Positions 13,025 through 25,096 of a DNA stretch of 64,000 bases are shown here, one piece after another (position 1 is the stretch's first letter; each line of letters begins with the position of its first letter). The DNA comes from Phoronis australis (taxonomy: Eukaryota > Animalia > Phoronida): assembly GCA_002633005.1 (NCBI GenBank), contig NMRA01000379.1:186001-250000 (forward strand). Direction: 5' to 3'. A model generated the notes under the pieces. The model ran no database searches. It saw nothing but the letters and a program-made list of their open reading frames with translations, and had not been told where the DNA came from. A program made the position numbers and the translations under genes.

Positions 13025-14617
13025 CAGACAAGGGCATGTCAGGTAGTCAGGTAATACAACTAATCAAAACAAGAACAATAAGCATAGTGTTTCAGTTTCA
13101 ATACATGAGTGAACACTGAACAGCAAATCTTTTTTATGAGGAAAGGTAGTCCTTAACAACATGTTGCAGATCTAAGATGCATAATAAAGTCACGAAAACA
13201 CAAGTCTTCACAAGACTTCACCATGTATTACAAGTAAAGTACCTGATCACACTTGTTTTTCTTGCAAGTGCCTTGTTTCTACAAAACACAGTCTTGGTCA
13301 ACCACAATAGATTGAAATCACATCCTGAACTTCCCGAGCACAAGAACAAGAGGTTTGATTTGAACGTTGTATTTCAGTTGTAAGTGAATTTTATACCACA
13401 AGGCGTAATTTCACTTCAGACAGCATATTATTTTCAGGGCACATGACAACATTCTTTAGCATGTGTTGCAAGGAAATACTTTAGAAACACAATACAGACA
13501 AAAATCAAGATGAAGGCATTCTTACCAAGAGTCAAAAATCCGTGACCTCAGATGACAGAAGACTCACCAGCTAACAGAGTCAAGGGTGAAATCAAACCAT
13601 CATCTCAAAGTCAATACAAATCTGGCACAAGACCAATGTATCCAGAAGCAAGAAGTATGCTGGACTGACCATGAATTATTTATGACGATGACCTAATCAA
13701 TCTCATTGGTCATTCATTCATTCATTCATTCATTCATTCATTCATCTCTTGCAATGACACTGTTCTGATGATGTACATGAATAATCGCACATGCAGCTCC
13801 CTGTTGTAAACATCACTATCNCAGACAAGGGCATGTCAGGTAGTTAGGTAACACAACTAATCAAAACAAGAACACTAAGCATAGTGTTTCAGTTTCAATA
13901 CATGAGTGAACACTGAACAGCAAATCTTTTTTATGAGGAAAGGTAGTCCTTAACAACATGTTGCAGATCTAAGATGCACAATAAAGTCATGAAAACACAA
14001 GTCTTCACAAGACTTCACCATGTATTACAAGTAAAGTACCTGATCACACTTGTTTTTCTTGCAAGTGCCTTGTTTCTACAAAACACAGTCTTGGTCAACC
14101 ACAATACATTGAAATCACACCCTGAAGTTCCCGAGCACAAGAACAAGAGGTTTGATTTGAACGTTGTATTTCAGTTGTAAGTGAATTTTATACCACAAGG
14201 TGTAATTTCACTTCAAACAGCATATTATTTTCAGGGCACATGACAACATTCTTTAGCATGTGTTGCAAGGAAATACTTTAGAAACACAATACAGACAAAA
14301 ATCAAGATGAAGGCATTCTTACCAAGAGTCAAAAATCCGTGACCTCAGATGACAGAAGACTCACCAGCTAACAGAGTCAAGGGTGAAATCAAACCATCAT
14401 CTCAAAGTCAATACAAATCTGGCACAAGACCAATGTATCCAGAAGCAAGAAGTATGCTGGACTGACCATGAATTATTTATGACGATGACCTAATCAATCT
14501 CATTGGTCATTCATTCATTCATTCATTCATTCATTCATTCATCTCTTGCAATGACACTGTTCTGATGATGTACATGAATAATCGCACATGCAGCTCCCTG
14601 TTGTAAACATCACTATC
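13025..14617. repeat. ~797-bp near-identical direct duplication joined at an N (probable assembly/haplotype artifact)
   Basis: 13025-13820 vs 13822-14617 differ by about ten substitutions; the N at 13821 sits exactly at the junction. Confidence 0.9.
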
Positions 14618-16869
14618 ACCTCATGTCACTAATTTCCCCCTTGCAGTGGATCTTTAGGTCACATGGATGAAAGGACCAACTGGTCTCTGAGAGGAGGCTT
14701 CACAACTCTAGCTAATTAACCTTTCCTTATAAAAACAGTAGTAAGAACTGAATGCAAAGTATTGACTATCTCCAACCAAATGGTCATCGTCTCATTGACT
14801 ATTCAATGCGTCTTTTTCAGAACTTGAAGGCCATTCGACTTAGTCTGTATGAGCTAATGCCACTTCCTGATAAAAGAATCACACACTTTCGAAACTTTAC
14901 CAACAGACAAAACTTGATTAACACCATTGCAGTTATTGCTAACTAGATGAGGATTCAGTACACTTGGTTATGTATGACCTCGAACAACAACTCTCCTCAG
15001 ACAGGATTGTTTTATTTAAAATTGAATTTAGCATCTAGCAGGAGTAGTAAACAGTGGTTTTGTTAGCTTACAAGACGTAAGCGTTCCTGGCACTGAGATG
15101 ACTGCAGAAGTAGGACCCTTGAAAATAACCAAATTTGGCTAACTCTAGGACATCATATGTCAAAAATGGCTAGTAAGAGTCACATGGAACTTCATATACT
15201 ATGCTTCAAACACTCACTGTTCTCCTAAACAGTGCTGTTCTTAAAGTGTTCTAGTTTTCTATGAAGGGCTATCAAAAATGGAACTTTCAAAAGTTATGAA
15301 AAAAATAAAGTTACAAAAAAGTAAAATGAAATGATAACTTAGAAGAGTTTAACTACAATATGGTCACATTATTGATACCCGTTCTTTGCTATAAATGTAC
15401 CTTTCTTGGTTCATGTGACTATGTCTTCTTATTAAAATTTAGTAAAAAAGACAGCGAAACATTATCAAAAATATGACCAAAGGGCAATTCCATTTGTGAC
15501 AGGCGTACAATCAGAGAACATTTTGATCAATTGTGAAAAACAACTTTGAAGAATGTTGCAGATTTTCATCAAGAGCCGAGCACATAACTGATGTCACCAT
15601 TACCTAATGAATGTAAACTTGTCTTCGATTGGACATAACGAATAACCAATTCAGCACGTTGATTTAAGTAAAACTACATATTCATTAAGGAAAAGTGTGT
15701 GTTGAATAAGAGCTGAAGGATGATCACTTAAGAACTAAAAGTATGTATTAATTTATCAGAACTACGCATTGATTAAGTGAAACTATGCATTGAATAAGCA
15801 CATTTCAATGCACAGAAGCCCTTTGGTGCTTCATAACCACCTGCCTCAATCAAAGCAGGACCCAGTTTACACTGTATTTTAGCTAATGTGCACTTAGCAA
15901 GTAACAACAAGTGATCCACTCATTGTCAATAGCTGGGTGCTTAAGATAGGCATGGGTCTATACATTATGCACTGACCATAGGCTTTACACACCATTAACA
16001 TTGAATAGTCTCCCCTCTCCCGCTGAAGGAAAATTGTAATTTATATAAAAAAGGTCATTTTCCTCGCATTTAGCAGCTGTTTGCATGTTTTTTTCTTGTT
16101 CAAAGGACACCAAAGAAGGAAACTAAACAAACAAAAAGTTTGTTCCATTCAGGAAATGTGCCTGGTCACCAGACTGCAAAAATCAAGACCTGTAAATCTT
16201 TTTTGTAAGATAATCTGTGTAGAGTTGCATGTTAGACAGATAATTCAAAGCATGACCTCAGAAGTCAATGTATCTAGAAAGCACTCAAAAGACAAGTGCA
16301 TTACTTCAATAAAGTTAAGGAAGATAATTCAAACATTTGAGAAAACAATCAAGTTGCATTTGAAAGGATATGAAGAAATATATCAGTGTCTATGTTTCAT
16401 TACACGGCACAGTACTGGAATTCATAATTCTACAGTGAACACACATCCTCAACAAATTCACAACTCCGGCCCATTGGCGATCGACAGGCAAAAACCTCTG
16501 TTGGAGGAGTAGGAGTGACGGCATATTTGTACTCGCACTTGGCCTCGTACAAAATGACGAACAAAAAACCCTCAGAACTCCGTGTTTGAATTTGAGGCTC
16601 GTATTTTTATGTTTTCCAATCGTTTTTCCAAGCACTTTACTCGTAAATTTGGAGTTGCCTGGAGTTCGGCTATGTGCGTCGCCAGTGGTTGTTAGCATCT
16701 CCTGCAGTGGATTATAAATGGACGCTTTGTTGAAATTGACACTTACCAGGTCCTAAGTCAATCACAGTCTTTAATACTACACTACAAAAAATTTATTCTC
16801 AGAAAGAATCATAATTTTCTCGCAGTTTTAAGAGCCAAATCCCAGCCTGGTTCACAGCCGAAGTAACAG

Positions 16870-16930
16870 GTGCTGCGCACGTGACTGGGTAACCTACTTC
16901 TTCCATATATGGCAAGCAGTATAAATCGCC
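16870..16930. promoter_or_regulatory. Motif cluster: E-box/CLEAR-like CACGTGAC (16878-16885), CArG box CCATATATGG (16903-16912), TATA-like TATAAA (16920-16925)
   Basis: Exact consensus matches within 50 bp, next to a CpG-rich patch and a perfect - strand donor at 16741-16746. Confidence 0.45.
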
Positions 16931-18624
16931 CAATAATCATGGAATTCTGCAAAAAGTTGAAGTATTTCAAGGCTTTTACTTTCATGCTAAGTTAGTCATT
17001 GAATAGTTATCCAACATTAGACGAAATATTTCATTTTTTTCGCGTGAAGTTTGCACTGCATTCTCCCGCATCAACATAAATATGTCATTCGACCTGGGCC
17101 GATTTTTTCCTAATTTTTTCATTCATTCAAGATAAATATGTCATTCGGCCTGGGCCGATTTTTTCATAATATTTTTTATTCATTCGTTCAAGTTGCAATG
17201 GAGCAATGCAAACAAATTAAGGAAGTTTGCCCCAAGTTTTATCTGGTTTGCATGTTCAACGACATTGATGGCATTTGTACGACAGGTCAGGCGGTGGGTA
17301 TCATGTTTTTCATAGCGTATGTTCTATTTCAAATTGGCTGCTCTGTCAAATACATGGTGAGAGTGCCGCTTTAACTTCCGTGTTAGCAATTTGGAGTACG
17401 GCAAATCCTTTGAACTTTGGCTCCGTGTACTTCAATTTTAAAGATTATGTGTCCATGAACTGGTAGTTAGCGCTGGGTGCAATATTTCTTCACACTCGCA
17501 ATGCGGGGGATTTCGTATGAGGTTACCCTGACGTCACAGAACAGGAAGGTATTCCTACAAAACCATGGCTGCCAGTATTTTCCAATAGTCATTGTGACAT
17601 TTATAGTAAAAATAGATGGCAATAGTCTGTAATGTCAAGTTATTTCTGAATACTGATCGAACTAAACCAATGGATTGTAGGTTTCAATAAAATTTATCAA
17701 CCATAAATGCTAAAATTCTTCGTTTAGCCATCGTTTTTGATTAGGTTGTCTGTCTTGGCCGTGGCTATCCCAATGACTGGCTAGATGAGTCCCTGCTACT
17801 AAGTGACAAAACTTGTACAAATTATTTCCAGACAATGATGTGCCAATAATGACATGAATGAACCTTTATTACGTAATTGTGACCTCCCTCTGTAAGGCCT
17901 ATATGTTATAGCTCTTTCAGTGATCTATCCAAACAAAAAAATCAAAAATTCCAACCAGAAACAGCGGAGCTTTGACTCCACTAAAAAAAGAGAAAAATGG
18001 CCACCACAAGGGGACAGCGCCATCTTGTTCCTGATGTTAACCAAAAACAATAGGCTTTGAGCCATTCACGAAAAGCATGTTGTGCGTAAATTTTGCATTG
18101 GTCTGATAAGAATTGCAATCTATAGCTTGCAAACAAACAAACAAACAAACAAAAAGTATATTTTAAGACCAAGCAACATAGTTGGAGAAATTTCATTTCA
18201 CCAAGTAATAAGAATAGCAAATGAACCCATCATTCTAAGGCCAACTTTCAGATAAATAAAAAATAATACCTGCTACGAAAAATAAGACTGATTTTAACCA
18301 ACCCCCAAAAGCTTATGCTCATACTATATTGCACTATAGTACAAACCTCGGTACGCATCACAGAGGCCAAGATCATTGTGATTTTCAGCAGATAAGCAGT
18401 GCGATAAAAAGGCAAAATATAGTTTGTTGCAGATGTTTCAAGCAGACCAGCTGTTGTGGCCATTACATCTGGTGGTGAATCGGTGCAACGTGAGATGCTT
18501 GAAACAGTTAGTCCTCTCAAGGCTAGAACCTAAAACCAGGGACTAGCTGATTCCAGTCTACTCTGACTCCCAATACAGAATCAAAATGACAATATAACTC
18601 AACAATGAAGGAAGACCATCCCAA

Positions 18625-18910
18625 CAAGAGCACATAGAATGTACTCAAACCTCACCAGGACTATAGACTGTTGTGCAGTACAAGAGCACATAGAATGTAC
18701 TTAAACCTCACCAGGAATATAGACTGTTGTGCAGTACAAGAGTACATAGAATGTACTGAAACCTCACCAGGACTATAGACTGCTGTGCAGTACAAGTGTG
18801 CTCTGCACAGAGTGCACTCAAACCTTTCTTGGACTAAAGACTGTTGTGCAGTCTAAGGACACATAGAGTGCACTCAAACCTTACCAGGACTATAGACTGT
18901 TGTGCAGTAC
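18625..18910. repeat. Minisatellite, ~56 bp x 5
   Basis: Unit CAAGAGCACATAGAATGTACTCAAACCTCACCAGGACTATAGACTGTTGTGCAGTA. Confidence 0.9.
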
Positions 18911-20149
18911 AGGGTAAAATCTTACCAATTTCAGACAAAAATAATTGTCAAAATACTCTTCATTTTCCAAGGGCTTCTACTATTGCCGTGAATCATCACA
19001 ATTATTGTCTGTAGGTAGCCATGGTACACAACTTGGATATGGCAAAGCATCAGTGTGGCACTGCGCATCATTTATGAGGCAATGAGAAAATAAAATTTCA
19101 CCTACAACACACATTGTGCCCTAAATTGATGAAATTGTTACCATAGTATGCTTCTTACTAGTAGAGACATTGATGTCACTTTCCCATTAAGGGAACTTCA
19201 GTTTACCGAAGCTTCACTGAAACTTGCCTACCTTTCCGACTACACAGCAATATCCAAGTTATCGATCTGGCAACAGATGACGCAGTTCATTCGTACTCTC
19301 AAACAAATATTGAGTAGTGAGTTCCACGCTAAATGAAAATTGTTCTCCTGCCATTTACGAGTGTTTATGAAAATGATCAGCGTCATTCTTCATCAGATAT
19401 GCTTTCTTTTATTCTAATGACATCTGTCTATTGAGAGCACGTCAGCTACACTAGAATAACAAAGTACAAATTTTGCAAGTTTCGCGTGATCTTATTTAGT
19501 TGCTGCGACCCCTAATATTCTAAGTTCCTGTGGAGTCGAGGTTAACAGCAGGTTAAGTCCAAATCTGCACTAGATCGTACCCTCAACAAGAGAAAATTCT
19601 CTGGATGAACACACGTTGTTGTCATATGACCTTTGTTTTGAAGTTCATCTGCATGGGTGTGAGCGAGTCCATGTGTTTCATCAGAGTTCATTTGACAGAG
19701 TAACTTTCTAGGTGCGCATTGTAACTAAAGAAATTAATTAACACAAGCAGTAAAGCAGAACGTGTTTTATTTAGCAATTGATGGTCTCATCTGCTAAAAA
19801 ACATTCAAGAATTGTCTCCGTAAGGCCAATATTCAGTGTCATGGAGTCGCCGCGTGACTGGATGCGTGACAGTCTGACAGTTCTTTAGTGTTCATTATCA
19901 GTGAGTCATTTTATCAGATATTAGACTTTAAAAATACCAATTATGATTAATTAAATAATTCCTCTTCAAAATAATGCATAAGTTTTTTACAGAATTAGAA
20001 ACTTTCGGAAATTGGTGCCAATATTTATTTCCTGCCGATGCTATGCTATACATGTCATGAATGGATAGTTCCTGAATATTAATGTCTAAGATGACAGGTA
20101 TGTAGCACACACTTCATGGCCACCTGCTTTTAACACCAAGTTTCTAATT

Positions 20150-21890
20150 AGTCTTCGATTCGCGGTTTTCACATGTACAAAGAAATTTGGAATCCTGTTG
20201 AGGGCGAAGACATGGAATCCATATGGGAGGGAAAGATTCAATCCCATCGACAAGTACGCTGTGTCAGTGTTCTCCACAATACCAATTCCAAACTCGATGC
20301 TAAGTTCTAGAGTTCAATATCAGTAGTCAACACTGTCTTTTCTCTAGTCTATAGCCTCAACATCTTCACTGGAGGTATTTATACATGTTTCAAAAATGTA
20401 CACTGAACTGGTTAGGTGTGACCTAATTTTTGACACTTTGTAGGGCCTACAGTTAGTACACATGAAAACCATTCTGCTGACAACTGTCTCACAAATAAAA
20501 AACTTGTTGTTACAAGCACGTGGCCAGGAAGCACACCCTACATACCTCTCACTTGTCACCGCAGACATCAGTCCATGAAACTACGTGTAGCATATCGGCA
20601 AGAAATAAATATTGGCACTAACTTCAGAAAGTTTCTAATGCTGTAAAAACTGTTGCATTATTTTAAGTGGGGTTGATTTATTAATCACTTGTTTAATGTA
20701 TTCATAATTGGTGTTTTTAAAGTAAAATACCTCATAAAATGCCCCACTGATAGTAGACACCTCCGCCACCCAAATCTTGCGGAAAATAACTCAGACTGTC
20801 ACACATCCAGTCACCCGGCGACTCCATGACATTCGGCCTTAGGCCCTACCGACACAATTCTCGCACATTATAATAGTAGATGTGATCAGCAAGTGCTAAA
20901 TAAAGCGCGTTCTCGCGATACTGCTTGTGTTATTTCTTTAGTTACAATGCACACCTAAATCGTTACATTGTGTTTACTCCAGCAAATCAGTGCTGGTGAC
21001 ATGCACGTGTTCGCTCACTCACACACGCAGACGATCTTCAAAACAAAGGTCACTTGACTGCGACATGTGTACTCGTCAAGAGATTTTTCTCATGTTGCTG
21101 GGTACAATCTTGCACAGATTTGAACCTATCTTGTTCTTAATAGACTCCACAAGAACTTAAAATTTTAGGGACGCTATTTGGAAAACTTAAGTGAGGATTT
21201 CAGGTAATTTGTTGAGTCGAAACTACATTTTTACTCAAGCTGCTCTGTCGGCGATCACGAGGCAGCGGCGCATCGGCGAGTTTTCGCCCTGGGATTTCAA
21301 CACAATTTTCTGTAAAATGACCGTAATATAAAAACGAAGTTTGATAGCAATGCGCCACGGCTTTGTAGAAAGTCAGTCATAGGCTACAGATACACCACAT
21401 AGTGTAAATTTGAAGAATCCTAGCTTCCGATTTCACCCGTTTCAGAGACAGGGTTTCAACCGTTACTATTAGCGCCTCCCCCAAAACGAATTTTACTAAG
21501 CGCCTTGGGAGCCTTATTACGGCAAATACTGTTAACTGCCTCTTAGCAAAGTGAACTGTGTTTACTGTGGGTAAAAGCAGGCTCTGATTAGATGCTGAGG
21601 GCTGAAGTACCAAGCCAGCCAAGGTTTTAAATCTGGCGCCACAATTTTTATACTTGACAAGCTTTCCCCAAACTTGACGCAGCAAAATCTAACCTCGTTA
21701 CCGCATCGAGTCAAAACAGGCCGTGGAGAACACTGTGTGTCTGTTCTAAATGACCACACCATAGTGGGACACGTTCCTCGCAAAATCAGCAAAACTTCTG
21801 CGTACTTTTTGAAGCACGGCGGAAGTTTGAAGACTATAGTCACGGCAAAACACTGACATAGCAGCGAGGCTGTTGGTCTATAAATTCCAC
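20150..21890 (+). pseudogene. Split, decayed HIRAN-like domain ORF (20150-20264 joined to 21741-21890)
   Basis: SSIRGFHMYKEIWNPVEGE...(frameshift)NPIDKYAV|SVLNDHTIVGHVPRKISKTSAYFLKHGGSLKTIVT; the frame is restored by removing family X and one TSD copy. Confidence 0.7.
20265..21735. mobile_element. Family X copy 2 (5-bp TSD), itself interrupted by an inverted Tc1/pogo-like copy at about 20588-21530
   Basis: Perfect TIR CAGTGTTCTCCAC / GTGGAGAACACTG; TSD TGTGT at 20260-20264 and 21736-21740; 21530-21735 matches 1120-1328. Confidence 0.85.
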
Positions 21891-24591
21891 ACACGCACAA
21901 TGATTTTTTCAGAACTGCCAGATCTCGTTGATAAATTGAACACGTTACTGTAGAATTTTAGGACTGTAAGTAAGGCATTTTTCGCATATACACGTTTATG
22001 GGCTAGGCACTTATTTCAGCAAAGTCTGAAAACGTGTGGGGGTGCTATGAGGAATGGGCGCTTATTAGAGCAAATACGGTATTACAATGTCTTGTTATTT
22101 TTAGTGTTTTTGTGCATTTTTGTTGCTATAGGAATTTCAAACTGGACGAATTTGAAAGGGATTAAAAAAAACTTGAAAAGGACTCAAAATTTAGGCAAAC
22201 AATTCTAGCACCAACTCTGATAACCAAGACGTTAGTAACATCACTGACATCACCTTCCTATGTGAAAGTCATATGCCACTGTTTCAAAACTTCTGTTTTA
22301 GTTTTGTGAATATTTTAATAAGATAGCTGCTCACTGTCTTAAACAATGAGATTTTTTGATCTTTCCAAATTAAGTAAATCTATGAAGATCGTTTCACCAG
22401 TGCCAAATTACTTCTCTGTCACAGAGCCATCAACATCATCTCCATTCCAAATTTCCCCCCAACCACCTTGAACGCAGGAATAACAACCTCCAAATCACGT
22501 CATTTCCAATCTATTTTGTAAAAGCTTACAATTTATGATATGTTCCAAATACTACAACCGTAAACCAACAGAACAGTCCCTTGGACAAGGTCCACATAGT
22601 TGACAGGCAAACTGGGGTAAATAAATGAACAAAATCAAGACACAAATAGCCCACAATTCTTCACATTGACTTACCTTCAACCCCCTGACCTCTAGGTCTA
22701 CACTCACAGCCATGTAGCTTTGATTTGAGATGCAAAGCAACAAAACAAATCCTCAGCATGGCCTTTCCTTCCAATGTGGGTTACAGAGCATAAGTACAGC
22801 TTAAAATGTAAGGCAACTAAAGCTAAATAAAAGTCGACTCATCAATGGTCGTTCAAGCATGCAGTCAGATTTCCCAATGCTTCATTGATCATGTATGCAT
22901 CAATGATATAAAATTAATATAATAGCTCACAGCTCTCTGTCCACTGTGTGCTCACAAGACATGAGTCATAAGTGATTTAGCAGTCTTCCATTTCCCTTGC
23001 TAATAACCTTGAATCAAGGAAGACCAGTGCATTCCAGGAAATATCCCTTCCAATCTCCACTAGTGCTAGTTAAATTATGTTGATGTGTTTACCTTTAAGG
23101 TGCAGTTATGTAGGGTGGGCTCAGTTTGTTTACAGCCCAGAAGAGCCACAGTGGACCAGGAAGATGCATGATACGGTCTGTGTGCTGTATTGCAGTATGC
23201 ATGATACGGTCTGTGTGCTGTATTACAGTATAATAATTGTGCAACAAGCATTATTCTTACAAAAATTGGTTGAAAACAAAAGTGATGCTTGTTGGCTACC
23301 TTGACGCAGACTGGTTCCAAGTCACAGTACTGTATAATCATTATACTTCAGAACACAAAGTTTTTTAACACAGGTACCATCAAGCAGTTTTGAAAAACAA
23401 AAATGGGCAAATTTTTAGTTATTTTTGTTCAAAATTGGGGAGATTTTACAATATAGTCGTTTGATTGAATTTGGCATTCACCATATTTCTCAAATTTTGG
23501 ACAAGTCAATTGTAGCAGCATTAGCCATAATTCTCACATTTCGGACGGTGCACTGCTTCGCATGTTCTGGGGTTGAATGTAGATCTGGAAGTTCATCAAG
23601 TAACGGTGATTATTTACACATCGTTTAAAACTCCCGCCAGTGTAATGTATTGACTGATGTCGCAATCTATAGTTATCAATGTGGATGGTTTGTGTCTCGC
23701 ACGTTTTCTTGGCAGTCGCAATCACGGACTCAAAATAGTTGCCATGCGTGTTCGCAGTTTCAGTATGCAAATAAAATGTATGCTCTCCGACTTCCGCGTA
23801 ATCGCCACAGTGTCACACTTTGTATTTGGATTAACAGCTAATTTAAATTAATAAAGACCGGTGACAAGACCGTTGTGTTACCCAGTCAGATCCCGGGTTC
23901 ACAGCTTCAATTTTTTTCTGTGAACCTGCGGCCCACTTACCTTCCTCCCAGCACCCTGACCTTCGCTATGTCAAGCACCCGAATCAGTGAAACAATGTTG
24001 TTCAGCGTCAAATTAAAACGGACTTTGTGACAACCAAATATGCATGTCCTAGTTTGTCGTGCAGTATGCGTTTGAAATATTTTAAGCAGACATATGAACC
24101 CTGGATGTCATTGCTTAGCGAACAGGGATTCTTTTAAAAATTTGCCCATGTCTAGTGTTTGAATTATGGTGCATTTTACAACAAGGTCACAATTTCTTTT
24201 GTGATAGGTGAAAATTATGGAAGTTCTTCCCAATGTGTCTCTGCTAATGAAATAGTTTTTGTGTCCCGGCTACCAAGGCTACCACGTTTGAATACTGATG
24301 AAATTTGTTGATAGTTCAGCTGACTTTATAAATTCAGCATTTCTGACTCAGCCACCAACCAGTATCTCAGTTGCAGATACAAAATGAACACTTGTGACTG
24401 ATGAAACACAGGCCTTGCTACCTGTCAGTTGTCACTGACACCAACAAGAAAGAAAAACATTTTGTTCCAGTAGTCCTGATTTGCCCTTTGACCTCACAAG
24501 CTTATTAACTGCTGCAAGGTGTTTTTGTTTTGAGCCAGGCTGTCAACTCAAGGAGTGTATTTTTAGGGTGCCTAAGTTTAAGCTTCACTAA

Positions 24592-25096
24592 AGGGCCTTT
24601 CATACTAACGTCGACGCGTCGATGGTTTGGGGAGTTGCGGTCAGTATGAACGCTTAACTCCGGTCCTGGATCGCAGTTAAGAGCTCCAGTTAACATCGCA
24701 GTTAATAGGTGGATTTAAGACCGCAGCGTCGACGCTGCGGTGCAGTATGAACGCTTAACTCCGGTCCAATCGAAGTTATCGCCAGGTGCCACTGTTATCA
24801 TCAACAGTTACAGAGTAGTGCCGTCACTAATAACTACTTATTTTTGGGTTTAATGATAACCAATCGATTTAAAAATGAGTTTTATGTCATTTAGCACATT
24901 TAAATGTTCCAAATTGTCACATTTAAAAAATCTTAGCGTGCAGCGCTACCTTGCGATAACTTCGATGACGTCAGGGTCACCAACCCTTTACTTCGATGGT
25001 CATTAACTACCGAAGCCAGTATGAACGGTCCAGTTAACTGCGCTGTTTACGTCGACGCTCCGCTCAGACCGGAGTTAAGTCAATATGAAAGGGCCT
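24592..25096. mobile_element. PIF/Harbinger-like MITE with TAA TSD
   Basis: TIR AGGGCCTTTCATA / TATGAAAGGGCCT; TAA at 24589-24591 and 25097-25099; internal subterminal repeats CAGTATGAACG. Confidence 0.85.

Larger units (their letters stand above)
19515..22079 (+). mobile_element. Longer, left-truncated family P copy carrying a decayed HIRAN-like ORF and nested insertions
   Basis: 19520-19900 matches 10350-10760; 21915-22081 matches 10775-10940 including the right TIR plus TA; extra internal sequence is absent from the short copy. Confidence 0.75.

Noticed and set aside
13025-14617. Apparent tandem gene duplication (two 68-aa ORFs at 13177 and 13974)
   Set aside because: Near-identical copies meet exactly at an N, typical of unmerged haplotype overlap; the ORFs have no recognisable coding features.
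16081-16698. Overlapping 143-aa (+) and 102-aa (-) ORFs
   Set aside because: No recognisable homology or convincing splice context; better explained as non-coding sequence near a CpG-rich patch.
18625-18910. CRISPR-like periodicity here and at 49469, 55152 and 60868
   Set aside because: Units are contiguous with no unique spacers, there are no cas genes, and the context is eukaryotic introns, so these are minisatellites.
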